64,000 bases of DNA from Gemmatimonadaceae bacterium (GTDB lineage Bacteria > Gemmatimonadota > Gemmatimonadetes > Gemmatimonadales > Gemmatimonadaceae), in contig JBHYGA010000004.1 in NCBI GenBank assembly GCA_051859245.1, forward strand, positions 64,001 to 128,000, given 5' to 3'. A program made the position numbers and the translations under genes. Below are positions 48,114-58,143 of this stretch, one piece after another; the stretch's first letter is position 1, and every line of letters starts with the position of its first letter. The notes under the pieces were generated by a model. That model saw only the letters and a list, made by a program, of their open reading frames with translations, did no database searches and was not told where the DNA came from.

Positions 48114-48136
48114 GTCAGGAGGCTTCTCAGAGACCG

Positions 48137-48164
48137 TGCATCCGGGTAACCCTCGCCGTCGAAC
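48137..48164 (+). promoter_or_regulatory. SigK-type autoregulatory promoter TGCATCC-N16-CGAAC
   Basis: tgcatcc gggtaaccctcgccgt cgaac, 8 nt before GTG 48173. Confidence 0.7.
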
Positions 48165-48172
48165 ACTCCGTA

Positions 48173-48820
48173 GTGAATCCAAACACTCCCCTCGCGCGGT
48201 CGCATCTGACATTGGTGACCACGACTGACTCAACTGTTGCGGCGTCCACCGCGCCGCTGTTGCCACGCGTCGCCAACGGCGATGAGTTTGCCGTGCGCGA
48301 AGTGGTCGCGCGTTACGGCCCGCTGATCTGGTCACTCGTGCGTCGCTGGTCACCAGACACAAATGACGCCGAAGACGCCGTGCAGGATGTGTTCGTTGAT
48401 CTGTGGCGAAGCGCCGCGCGATTTGACGCAACACGATCTACGGAAGCCGGTTTTGTTGCCATGGTGACCCGTCGACGTTTGATCGACCGACTGCGCAAGC
48501 GGCAACGCGCCATCGAGTTTGAACCACTCTCTGAAAACGTCGATATGGCGGTGGATCAGGAACCTGATATCGATCGCGGCGTGCGCATTGAACGCGCTCG
48601 TGAGGCGTTGCGCGCGCTGCCGCCAGCGCAGCGCACCATGCTCGAGCTCTCACTGCTGCACGGCCGCACACACGATGAAATCGCGCGCGAGACCAACACG
48701 CCGCTCGGCACGGTCAAGTCACACATTCGACGCGGACTGCAACGCGCGCGTGATCTGCTCGCCAACGATTCAAGTAGCAATGCAACATCAGTACGCGATG
48801 TGGACGGTGATCCGTTATGA
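48173..48820 (+). CDS. ECF sigma factor, SigK-like
   Basis: DAEDAVQDVFVDLWRSAARFD, RRRLIDRLR, G.TH.EIA.....PLGTVKSHIRRGL. Start is GTG 48173 (possibly leaderless) or 48215. Confidence 0.93.
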   Translation: MNPNTPLARSHLTLVTTTDSTVAASTAPLLPRVANGDEFAVREVVARYGPLIWSLVRRWSPDTNDAEDAVQDVFVDLWRSAARFDATRSTEAGFVAMVTRRRLIDRLRKRQRAIEFEPLSENVDMAVDQEPDIDRGVRIERAREALRALPPAQRTMLELSLLHGRTHDEIARETNTPLGTVKSHIRRGLQRARDLLANDSSSNATSVRDVDGDPL

Positions 48821-49599
48821 ACACTCCAGGTGATAGCATGCACGATCCATCAGATTCTCAGCGTCCACCACACTCGGCAGACGAAACACACGAGCTGTTG
48901 CTTGGCGAGCTGACGGCCGCACTCGCGGCCGAAGCGTCATCGCCACTCGACGCGCTGCCGGAGTCCGCGTCGGCGCGCGCCGTGCACGTGGGCGAAGCGA
49001 TGGTGCGTGCGCAGAATGCGGCGCGCGGTGTTACGCCGGTGCGTGGCGTTTCCAGTGGTGAGCCGGTGCGCTTGGCAGATGCGCGCACAGGATCGGGCGT
49101 GCGCACCTTCGCTGCGTGGAGTGGCTGGTTGGCCGCGGCGGCAATGCTGGCCGTTGTTGTGCGTGAACCACGTGAAATCGTTGCGCCGTTGCCCGTTGTT
49201 TCAACCGCCGCCATGCTGCACGACTCGCTCGCGGCGTCAGACAGTTCGTCGGTGCAACTGGCGTGGACAGCCACCGGTGATTCCACCGCGCTCGCCGCCG
49301 AGGGCGATGTCGTGTGGAGTGGCGGCGCGCAGCGTGGTGTGATGCGCATTGTCGGTCTCGCGCCCAACGACCGCAGCAAGTGGCAGTATCAGCTCTGGAT
49401 CTTCGACAAAAAACGTGACCAGCGTTATCCGGTCGACGGCGGCGTGTTCGACATTCCGGCCGGCAGCCGCGAGGTGTATGTGCCAATCGACGCGCGTGTG
49501 CCCGTTGATGAAGCGACGCTGTTTGCGGTGACGATTGAGCCGGCTGGCGGTGTGGTGGTATCAACGCGTGAGCGTATTGCGTTGACGGCGGGGTTGTAG
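48817..49599 (+). CDS. Anti-sigma-K factor RskA family
   Basis: ATGA overlap with the sigma gene; TM W.GWLAAAA; YQLWI and FAVTIEPAGG RskA motifs. Confidence 0.88.
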   Translation: MNTPGDSMHDPSDSQRPPHSADETHELLLGELTAALAAEASSPLDALPESASARAVHVGEAMVRAQNAARGVTPVRGVSSGEPVRLADARTGSGVRTFAAWSGWLAAAAMLAVVVREPREIVAPLPVVSTAAMLHDSLAASDSSSVQLAWTATGDSTALAAEGDVVWSGGAQRGVMRIVGLAPNDRSKWQYQLWIFDKKRDQRYPVDGGVFDIPAGSREVYVPIDARVPVDEATLFAVTIEPAGGVVVSTRERIALTAGL

Positions 49600-49604
49600 A
49601 CGCG

Positions 49605-50861
49605 TTAGTTCACACCCACCAGGCGGAACCTCGCGACTTGCGGCTCGCCGTTGGCGCCCTGCACCACCGCCCACACGGCGCTGCGCGTGAAGACGGGCGC
49701 CGGCCGATTTCCAAACTCCTCCGGCACAGCAACGGTCCCGAGAAACGTGCCGTCTTCTTCGAAGACGTCGAACGTGCGCCGCTCGGTGTAGCGCAGAACG
49801 ACGCCGTTGTCGTCGGTCTCGGGCGTAGCACGTTCAACTGCAGCGCCGGCACGCAGTACCCACACACGACCGTCCTTCGCGGCGAACAGTTGTTCGAAAG
49901 CAGGTTTGGTATCCGGAATGGGCACACCGTTCCACGTCCACGAGGAATCGAGCCAACGCATGCCTGCAGTGACGCGTTCAGTTTCCTGCGCGCGTTCGTT
50001 GTCTGCAACACGTTCGGCCGGTACATCGCGTTCGATCCGAAGCAGGCGCTGTGGTTGCTGCAGGGTGATGCGATACGCATCCGAGTTGCCAGACACGAAG
50101 TAGCCGCGCGGATGCCAGGCCCACTGCGATGACGTCGTCCACGGCACCGGCAAACTCGCGTTGTTATTCCCTCGGCGCGCGGTGACTTGTTCGCGTGCAG
50201 CGCTTTGCACAGGCAGTGCGAGCGTGTCGATCACGGCACCGTTTGGCGCAATGCGCACTAGGGCCATGGCTACGTTGTTGATGTCGGTGATTTCACGCGA
50301 TGGTTGCAGCGTGAGCAGCGTATCACCATTCACGAACAGCGGCTCTCGCGATCTCCACTGTCCCGAGATCACAGACCATGTGGCAGTCGGCGTGCCGTCG
50401 GGCGAAAACTTCTGCATTCGCGCATTGCCCGGATCACGCGCCACAACATCCCCATTCGAAAGCACCGCGAGCCCCGCGTCTGGCGACCGAAACTCTCCGG
50501 GCCCTGCGCCATCGCGTCCCCAGTCGGCGAGGTGCACACCGGTGCTGTCGTACACACTAACGCTTCGCGCCTGTCCATCAAGCACGAGCAGACGACCACT
50601 CGCGTCGACGGCAATCGCATTGATGCTGCCAAACATGTAGCGTTCATCGCCGTCTTCCACGCCGATGGTCAGGTCGCGGACGAGCGCGGCAGAGTCACCC
50701 CACGTTGATCCTGAGATGGTGCGCACAACCGTCGTGTCACCGCGCCGGGTGCGGGATTGTACCAGTTCCTTGGAAACGGCAGTGTCTGACGGCTGGCAGG
50801 CGAGCGTCAGAGCGGCGACGGCGAGCGCAACGACTCGGGTGTACGGAAAGACGTGATTCAC
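49605..50861 (-). CDS. 6-bladed beta-propeller lipoprotein
   Basis: Lipobox LTLAC; IGVEDGDERYMFG, WGRDGAGPGEF, DGRVWV, FDVFEEDGTFLG.V. Confidence 0.82.
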   Translation of the reverse strand: MNHVFPYTRVVALAVAALTLACQPSDTAVSKELVQSRTRRGDTTVVRTISGSTWGDSAALVRDLTIGVEDGDERYMFGSINAIAVDASGRLLVLDGQARSVSVYDSTGVHLADWGRDGAGPGEFRSPDAGLAVLSNGDVVARDPGNARMQKFSPDGTPTATWSVISGQWRSREPLFVNGDTLLTLQPSREITDINNVAMALVRIAPNGAVIDTLALPVQSAAREQVTARRGNNNASLPVPWTTSSQWAWHPRGYFVSGNSDAYRITLQQPQRLLRIERDVPAERVADNERAQETERVTAGMRWLDSSWTWNGVPIPDTKPAFEQLFAAKDGRVWVLRAGAAVERATPETDDNGVVLRYTERRTFDVFEEDGTFLGTVAVPEEFGNRPAPVFTRSAVWAVVQGANGEPQVARFRLVGVN

Positions 50862-52006
50862 CTGGTCAACGCAACCGGCTTCTCCAACGCAGTCCACGTA
50901 CAGCCTTCAGACGAAACCATGAATCGTCGCTGCGTTGCGCGCACCGTGCCATCATCGTGCACCGTACGCGCAAGCAGCAGCACGGTATCGCCGCTGAACA
51001 CAACGCGTGCGAGATCCACGGACGGAAACCGAATCGGCTCGTCAACACACGCTCGGCTGAGGTCAGCCGAGACAATGCTCGCCCAGTACGTCGTGTTTGA
51101 GTACTCCACTTGTGTAGGCGCTTGCACAAAGTCGGTATCCGCGTGCACCACGAGATAGCTGCCGTCCGACAACTGCGTTACACCCATGGAGAGTGACGCG
51201 AGAAAACGATCCGTCTCGGCCGTAAGCGCGGCATTTTGTTCAATCAGGTCAGCCGGCACACCGAGTCGCTGTCGACGCGGCAGCGTCACAAACGACTGCG
51301 CCACACCGGCGGCATCAGTGACATACAGTCGATTGTCCGACGGCATGAGCGCGACCCAGCCATCGCCGTGTGGTGCCAGCGACGGCTCGCCACCGCGTGA
51401 ATACGCCGAGGTACTTTGCGCAATCAGCGTCGGCGCTGCGCCCCACCGATCAAGCGAATCGGTAGCAAGCACCCATCGAACGAATGGCTGCGCATCGAGC
51501 GTGACCGGCATGAACACCGTGTCGCCGCGAATACGCCACTGCTGTCCCGCGAAGAACCGGAATGGCATGGGCACTTCGCGTTGCAACGTACCGTCGGCGA
51601 TGCGAAGCACCACGATTCTGTTGCGCTGCGGATCCATACCGGCGAGCAACGTGTCGCCCGGCAGTGGGATAATCGCCGAGACACGACCGAACTCACCCGG
51701 CCCGCCGCCTGGTCTGCCGAGCGCTCGGACCAGCTCACCGCTGGGCGAGAAATGCAGCGCCGTCGTGCGAAAATCGAGCAGTATGGAGCCGTCTGCGAGC
51801 ACCGCCTGCGTGCGCCCGTTCAGGAACGGCATGGTGTCCGGAATGGCGAGTTCCGTGCTGTCGAGTTGCGTAACGAGCGGCGATTCGCGCGGCGGTGCCT
51901 CAGGACCGCAGGCTACGATCGTCGACGTCAAGAGCGCCGTCGTGGTCACGCGAAGCGCCGGTCTGTTGCACCGCCCTCGTCTGCGCAAATGGCCTGCGAG
52001 CGTCAT
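50858..52006 (-). CDS. Beta-propeller-like lipoprotein
   Basis: Lipobox IVAC; LGRPGGGPGEF; LPGDTLL. Start may be downstream of 52006. Confidence 0.75.
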   Translation of the reverse strand: MTLAGHLRRRGRCNRPALRVTTTALLTSTIVACGPEAPPRESPLVTQLDSTELAIPDTMPFLNGRTQAVLADGSILLDFRTTALHFSPSGELVRALGRPGGGPGEFGRVSAIIPLPGDTLLAGMDPQRNRIVVLRIADGTLQREVPMPFRFFAGQQWRIRGDTVFMPVTLDAQPFVRWVLATDSLDRWGAAPTLIAQSTSAYSRGGEPSLAPHGDGWVALMPSDNRLYVTDAAGVAQSFVTLPRRQRLGVPADLIEQNAALTAETDRFLASLSMGVTQLSDGSYLVVHADTDFVQAPTQVEYSNTTYWASIVSADLSRACVDEPIRFPSVDLARVVFSGDTVLLLARTVHDDGTVRATQRRFMVSSEGCTWTALEKPVALTR

Positions 52007-52083
52007 GTTTGCATGGCTTGAGCGAGGTGCAAAACGAAAGGTGCCAGTTGTACACGAACCTTCGGAACAACTCAGCGGTCACT

Positions 52084-53133
52084 TCACGTCCGAAGGCGAC
52101 GCGGAACAACAACCCTCGCCTTGGTGGCACCCCGACTATCCACGACCAGCAAGTGTGTTTCATCCTTCTCACTTGCGACAGCGAGCTCCACCCACATCTC
52201 GCTGTTCGGGCCGCCTGTAAACCGCGTGAAATGCGGGAGCGTGGTGGGAAGGTTGGAGCGCGCATACATGGCGCGCACCCGTTCGCGTGCGGCGTCACTC
52301 GTCGCGTTTTCCAGCGCTGCGGCGCGACGAGTTTCGACAATCCCTGGAGTGAGCGCAGCTGGTGCATTCGAAAGCCGCAGCGTACGCTCGGTTGCACCAT
52401 TCACGTTCACCACGCGGATTGCACCAGTGCGTGCGTTGCCAATCCAGAATGAGTTGCCCGAAACGCCCGTCACGAGCAAACTGCCGAACGCAGAACCCAC
52501 GATGCCCGGTTCACCATTCGCCGCGGCATAGCCAAACATCTCCAGCGACGGCACCGAGCCTATCGACACCCAGCGCTTCGTAACGCCTGTTGAGTACACA
52601 CCAAGCGGCAGCGAATCAACGCGAGACTGACCAGCACCGAGTGGCGCAACAACGCGGAATCCGCCTACCGCCGCCAGTACATGCCCACTCGGCGTCCGAA
52701 GCAGCGGATTCAGCGACGCGGGCGCTCCCGGTGCACCACCCAGCGCGAATCGCGATGTGCCGCCGTTGAGCGTGAAGACGTGAACTTGCGCCGTTCCCGG
52801 CGGTTGCTCCAGAACGAACACACTGTCGGCCGACGTACTGACCGCAAAGTTGCGCGCGTCGAACTCACCCGGACCACGTCCGCGTCTGCTGCGTCTGGCC
52901 ACGAATGCGCCGTTGGCGTCAAACACGCGCACTTCGTTCACGCTGCCATCAACAACGATCAGATGTCCCGTTTGCAAACGACCGGAGATCGCGCGAGAGA
53001 AGATCGTCTCGTCCTTCGCGTCGCTTCCGAGTGTGCTAGTTGGCGTGCGCGATACATGCCAGGATGGCTGCGCGCTGAGTTGCTTGGACACGGCCAGCGC
53101 CGCCAGTACGGAAATCACTGCGAGCTGTCGCAT
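52084..53133 (-). CDS. 6-bladed beta-propeller-like secreted protein, possibly C-terminally truncated
   Basis: Signal peptide; VRVFDANG, RRGRGPGEF, LP..LP.F, EMWV; ends abruptly at VVVPRRLRT. Confidence 0.7.
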   Translation of the reverse strand: MRQLAVISVLAALAVSKQLSAQPSWHVSRTPTSTLGSDAKDETIFSRAISGRLQTGHLIVVDGSVNEVRVFDANGAFVARRSRRGRGPGEFDARNFAVSTSADSVFVLEQPPGTAQVHVFTLNGGTSRFALGGAPGAPASLNPLLRTPSGHVLAAVGGFRVVAPLGAGQSRVDSLPLGVYSTGVTKRWVSIGSVPSLEMFGYAAANGEPGIVGSAFGSLLVTGVSGNSFWIGNARTGAIRVVNVNGATERTLRLSNAPAALTPGIVETRRAAALENATSDAARERVRAMYARSNLPTTLPHFTRFTGGPNSEMWVELAVASEKDETHLLVVDSRGATKARVVVPRRLRT

Positions 53134-53358
53134 GAGAATAGTCGTGAGTGACGAGAGTCTTCGATGGGCGATCAGGCCGCAACGAGGAAAGCCCTCCGCA
53201 GACGCTATTCCCCTGCACATACTCTGTCCAGCCTGACAGCGAGCATATCCGCGACGGGCGATTGACTATCGATTCAGCTTGCGACAGGTGCCCTTGACGC
53301 CCCCGCTCCCGCACGGAACTTCCCCGCCATACCCGTTCCCTGCCTCGGAGCTATACGC

Positions 53359-56300
53359 ATGCAACTTGTTCGCCGTTTGACGCTCGCCCTCGCAACACTC
53401 GCGCTCGCCACCACACCACTTGCCGCACAACCCGGCGTACGCGGCTTCTACCAACACCCAACACTGCACGGCGAAATCATCGTGTTCGCGGCCGAAGGCG
53501 ATTTGTGGCAAGTCCCCGCCACCGGCGGGCTCGCCCGTCGCCTTACCTCACACCCCGCCGAAGAATCACATCCGGTTGTCTCACCCGACGGCACCACGCT
53601 CGCCTTCACCGCGCGCTACGAAGGGCAAACGGAGGTGTACACCATGCCACTCTCCGGCGGACTGCCCACGCGTCGCACGTGGGAAGGTGAAGCGTCACTC
53701 GCTACCGCGTTCACACCAAACGGTGAACTGGTCTACACGACTACGAAATACAGCGGCATTCCCAAACCGCAAATGGTGCGCATGAACCTGAGCGATCACG
53801 TGCGCACACTCATTCCACTCGCCGGCGCGAGTGAAGGCCACTACGACGCAAGTGGACGCGCGCTCTATTTTGTGCGCCCTCACTTTCACAACAACGTCAC
53901 CAAGCGCTACACCGGCGGCTCGGCGCGCAATGTGTGGGTGTTTCGCGACGGCGCGACAGAAGCACAACGCGTGACACCCGAGTGGCGCGGCGAATCGCAC
54001 ACCCCACTCTGGTTCAACGCGCGCGTGTATTTCGTCACCGATCGCGACGGCACCATGAACATCTGGTCTGTCACCGAAAGCGGCGGCGACCTGCAGCAAC
54101 ACACACGGCACAGCGGATGGGATGTCATCCGTCCGTCCATGCACAACGGACGCATTGTGTATCAGAACGGCGCCGATCTCTGGCTGCTCGACACGCGCAC
54201 CAACAACACGCAGCGCGTCGACATCACGATCGCCTCAGACCTGGATCAGCTACGCCAGCGCTGGGTGAGTGAACCGCTGCAATATTTGTCATCAGCGCAT
54301 CTGTCGCCCACGGGCGATCGTGTGGTGCTCACATCTCGCGGACGCGTATTCGTCGCGCCCGCCGGTCCCGGCCGACTTGTACGTGCCTCGCTCAAGGATT
54401 CCGTTCGCTACCGCGACGCCGTGTTCATGCCCGACGGCAAATCGCTGCTCGCACTCTCCGACGAACGCGGTGAACTGGAGTTTGCGAGTGTGCCCGCCAA
54501 CGGTGTTGGCACCGACAGCTTGCTCACACGCGACGGCACCGTGCTGCGTTTTGAAGGCACACCCAGCCCCGACGGTGCGTGGATTACCTGGGCCGACAAC
54601 AACAACGACTTCCATCTGCGCAACCTGCGCACCGGTGAAGTGCGCAAACTCAATCTCAACACCGAAGGCGTTGGCGATCGCAGCTGGTCACCCGACAGTC
54701 GTTACCTCGTGTGGGAGCACGTGGAACGCAACACGTTCACGCGTCTCATGCTGTACGATGTAGCCGCCAATCGCTCCACGCCGCTCACGAGCGATCGTGT
54801 CAACTCGTTCAGCGCGGCCTGGGATCCCAAAGGCGACTTCCTCTACTTTCTCTCCGACCGAAATCTGCGCACCAGCGTCGGATCACCGTGGGGCGCGCGC
54901 CAACCCGATCCGTATTTCGATAAACAGATCGAGATCTACCAGCTCGCGCTGCGCACCGGTGTTCGTTCACCATTCCGCGCCCCCGACGAACTGCACGCGG
55001 CCACCGACACCGCCGCACGACCAGCCAACAGCACAACCGCACCCGCCGCCCGACCAACCGCACGTCCCGACATTCGCATCGACACCGCGAACATCATGCG
55101 GCGCATTGACCGCGTGCCCGTACCGGCCGGCAACTACTCGCAGCTCTATACCAACGCCGACGCACTCTTCTATCTCGCGCGCGGCGAATCACGCACTGAT
55201 GTACACGCGCTGCGACGCGCGCACAAAGCTGAAGCGGTACCTATTGTAGAAGGCGCGCGAACCCTCGAACTCTCGCGTGACGGCAAGAAACTGCTCGTGC
55301 GACGCGCCGATGCACTGCACGTAGTCGACGCACGCGCCGTCAAACCCGGCAACATTGCCGATTCACGCGTGGACCTCTCCGGCTGGCGTTTTGCCATCGA
55401 TGTGCGCGACGATTGGCGCCAGCTCTTCACCGACGCGTGGCGCCTTGAACGCGACTACTTCTACGATCCAGGATTCCACGGCATCGACTGGGCCGCCACG
55501 CTCGCCAAACACCAGCCGCTCGTTGAACGCATCACCACGCGTCAGGAACTCTCCGTCCTCATCGGCTGGATGGTGGGCGAACTTTCCGCCCTGCACACCT
55601 CGGTTGGCGGCGGCGACCTGCGCCGAGCGCCCGACATTGTCAACACCGCATCTCTTGGCGCACATCTCGTGCGCGAACCCGCCCGCGGCGGGTATCGCAT
55701 TGCGCGCATCTACGAAGCAGATCCCGACTATCCGGACCAGCGCGCACCACTCGCCGATCCGTATCTCGACATTGCAGCCGGCGATGTGATCACCGCCGTA
55801 AACGGCGTGCGCACACTCGACGCACCGGACATTGGCGAACTGCTGCGCGATCAAACCGGCAAACAGGTGCTGCTCACCATCGCACGCGGCAGCAACACAC
55901 GCGATGTGGTCACAACACCCATCGGCAACGAAAGCAATCTGCGCTACACCGACTGGGAACTCTCCCGTCGTCGCACGGTGGAAGCTGCGAGCAACAACAC
56001 CATGGGGTACGTGCATCTGCGCGCCATGGGAGCGGACGATGTGAATCAGTGGTACCGAGAGTTTTATCCGGCGTTCAACCGACAGGGCCTGATCATTGAC
56101 GTGCGTCAGAATCGCGGCGGTAACATTGATTCGTTCATTCTCGACAAACTCATGCGCAAAGCGTGGATGTACTGGAAGGGTCGCGCCGCTGAGCCCACAT
56201 GGAACATGCAGTACGCATTCCGTGGTCACATGGTGGTGCTCGTTGACGCCGAAACCGCGTCAGATGGTGAAGCCTTTGCCGATGGATTCCGCCGGCTTGG

Positions 56301-56616
56301 CATGGGCGTGGTGATCGGCACACGCACGTGGGGCGGCGAAATCTGGTTGAGCGGTGTGAACACACTAACTGACGGCGGTGTGGCTCGCGCGCCGATGACC
56401 GGTGTGTACGGCCCCGAGGGCAAGTGGCTCATTGAGCAGATCGGGGTGATTCCCGATATCGAAGTGGACAACCTGCCGCACGCCACCTTCAACGGAAAAG
56501 ACGCGCAGCTCGAAGCCGCGATCGCGCACCTGAAACAGAAAATCGCCGAGGATCCCCGGGAGGTCCCAAAGCCCCCGGCGTATCCACGCGTGGCGTTTCC
56601 CTATCCGCCGCGCTAG
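53359..56616 (+). CDS. Tricorn-like S41 peptidase, secreted
   Basis: GGAG RBS; PD40 propellers, PDZ-like DVITAVNG, GYVHL, IIDVR.N.GG, ASDGE, GTRTWGG. Confidence 0.95.
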   Translation: MQLVRRLTLALATLALATTPLAAQPGVRGFYQHPTLHGEIIVFAAEGDLWQVPATGGLARRLTSHPAEESHPVVSPDGTTLAFTARYEGQTEVYTMPLSGGLPTRRTWEGEASLATAFTPNGELVYTTTKYSGIPKPQMVRMNLSDHVRTLIPLAGASEGHYDASGRALYFVRPHFHNNVTKRYTGGSARNVWVFRDGATEAQRVTPEWRGESHTPLWFNARVYFVTDRDGTMNIWSVTESGGDLQQHTRHSGWDVIRPSMHNGRIVYQNGADLWLLDTRTNNTQRVDITIASDLDQLRQRWVSEPLQYLSSAHLSPTGDRVVLTSRGRVFVAPAGPGRLVRASLKDSVRYRDAVFMPDGKSLLALSDERGELEFASVPANGVGTDSLLTRDGTVLRFEGTPSPDGAWITWADNNNDFHLRNLRTGEVRKLNLNTEGVGDRSWSPDSRYLVWEHVERNTFTRLMLYDVAANRSTPLTSDRVNSFSAAWDPKGDFLYFLSDRNLRTSVGSPWGARQPDPYFDKQIEIYQLALRTGVRSPFRAPDELHAATDTAARPANSTTAPAARPTARPDIRIDTANIMRRIDRVPVPAGNYSQLYTNADALFYLARGESRTDVHALRRAHKAEAVPIVEGARTLELSRDGKKLLVRRADALHVVDARAVKPGNIADSRVDLSGWRFAIDVRDDWRQLFTDAWRLERDYFYDPGFHGIDWAATLAKHQPLVERITTRQELSVLIGWMVGELSALHTSVGGGDLRRAPDIVNTASLGAHLVREPARGGYRIARIYEADPDYPDQRAPLADPYLDIAAGDVITAVNGVRTLDAPDIGELLRDQTGKQVLLTIARGSNTRDVVTTPIGNESNLRYTDWELSRRRTVEAASNNTMGYVHLRAMGADDVNQWYREFYPAFNRQGLIIDVRQNRGGNIDSFILDKLMRKAWMYWKGRAAEPTWNMQYAFRGHMVVLVDAETASDGEAFADGFRRLGMGVVIGTRTWGGEIWLSGVNTLTDGGVARAPMTGVYGPEGKWLIEQIGVIPDIEVDNLPHATFNGKDAQLEAAIAHLKQKIAEDPREVPKPPAYPRVAFPYPPR

Positions 56617-56692
56617 TTATCGGGAGAGCCCTATCCAAGCACGGGCGTTTCCATCCGGACGCCCGTCCCCCCGCGTGTTGGAGCACCCTTCC

Positions 56693-57895
56693 ATGACCGC
56701 ACCCACTGCCCCGCAGCTGTCGCTCGACACTCTGCAGCACGGCGCCACGGCATTACGTAATCAGGTAATTGCCTGGCGGCGCCATTTGCATCAGCATCCG
56801 GAAGTCTCGTTCAACGAACATGGCACGGCGCAGTACATCCATGATGTGCTGTCTGCGCTGCCGAATCTCAACATCTCGCGTCCAACGGCTACGAGTGTTG
56901 TTGCACGTCTGGTTGGACGCGACGCGGGTCGCACCATCGCGGTGCGCGCGGATATTGACGCGCTCCCGATTGAAGAAGAAGCCGACGTACCGTGGCGTTC
57001 ACAAAACCGCGGCGCCATGCACGCGTGCGGACACGACGGACACACCGCCATCGCGCTCGGCCTTGCCACGCTGCTCTCAGCGCATCGTGATCAACTCGCA
57101 GGTGAAGTCCGATTCGTTTTTCAGCACGCTGAAGAGCTCGCACCCGGTGGCGCGGAAGAGTTGGTGAACGCAGGCGTGATGGACGGCGTGGACGAAGTGA
57201 TCGGATTGCATCTGTGGGCCTCCATGCCAACCGGTCGCATGGGCCTGATCAGCGGTCCGGCCATGGCCGCCCCTGACACGTTCCAGTGCACCATTACCGG
57301 TAAAGGTGGACACGCTGCGATCCCGCACGACACCGTCGATCCGATCGCGATCGGTGCACAGGTCGTGACGGCGCTACAGCAAGTGGTATCACGTATGGTC
57401 GATCCGCTTGATCCGTGCGTGGTGTCGATCACGCAGTTCATTGCCGGTACCGCGTTCAACGTGATCCCCAACTCGGCGTATCTCTCGGGTACCGTACGCA
57501 CGTTCAATGCTGAACTACGCAAGCAGATTCCGCAGCGTATGGAGCGATTGATTCGCGGCATTGTCGAAGGATTTGGCGCCACCTGTGAGTTCACGTACGA
57601 GCTTGGATATCGGCCGGTAGTCAATGATCCGGCACTCACGGCAAGACTCACCGATGTCGCCGCACGAACATTCGGCGAAAACGCAATAGAACCAATGCGA
57701 CCCAGCATGGGCGGCGAAGATTTTTCAGCGTATCAACAACGGGCCCCTGGCGTCTTCGCGTTCATCGGCGCGGGCAATGTGCCGGAAGGCATCACCTTTC
57801 CGCATCACCATCCGCGCTTCAGCATCGACGAACGCTCGCTCGACATCGGACTGCGCTACATGGTGGCCGCCACGCACGACTTGCTCACTGCGTGA
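56693..57895 (+). CDS. M20D amidohydrolase
   Basis: RRHLHQHPE, RADIDALP, MHACGHDGH, FQHAEE, GKGGHAA, GGEDF, HHPRF. Confidence 0.93.
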   Translation: MTAPTAPQLSLDTLQHGATALRNQVIAWRRHLHQHPEVSFNEHGTAQYIHDVLSALPNLNISRPTATSVVARLVGRDAGRTIAVRADIDALPIEEEADVPWRSQNRGAMHACGHDGHTAIALGLATLLSAHRDQLAGEVRFVFQHAEELAPGGAEELVNAGVMDGVDEVIGLHLWASMPTGRMGLISGPAMAAPDTFQCTITGKGGHAAIPHDTVDPIAIGAQVVTALQQVVSRMVDPLDPCVVSITQFIAGTAFNVIPNSAYLSGTVRTFNAELRKQIPQRMERLIRGIVEGFGATCEFTYELGYRPVVNDPALTARLTDVAARTFGENAIEPMRPSMGGEDFSAYQQRAPGVFAFIGAGNVPEGITFPHHHPRFSIDERSLDIGLRYMVAATHDLLTA

Positions 57896-58143
57896 CCAGC
57901 GAGCCACATACCAGCCGACCGTGGCGATGGCTTGCTGCGCTCCCCGCCACGGGCATTGTCATGGCCCCGTTCGTTGCCAACCGCGTCGAGCCGTTTGTAC
58001 TCGGCCTGCCGTTTTTGCTTGCGTTCATTACCGGCTGGGTGTTGGTCACCTCAGCGGTGATGGCGCTGATTTTCATACTCGACGAGCGCGCGGACGCACG
58101 AGCGAATACACTCGCTGACCAAGGCGTCAACCACCGCGCATGA
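57892..58143 (+). CDS. DUF3311 small membrane protein
   Basis: PF.ANRVEP.VLGLPF...W motif; translationally coupled to both neighbours. Confidence 0.85.
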   Translation: MTSEPHTSRPWRWLAALPATGIVMAPFVANRVEPFVLGLPFLLAFITGWVLVTSAVMALIFILDERADARANTLADQGVNHRA

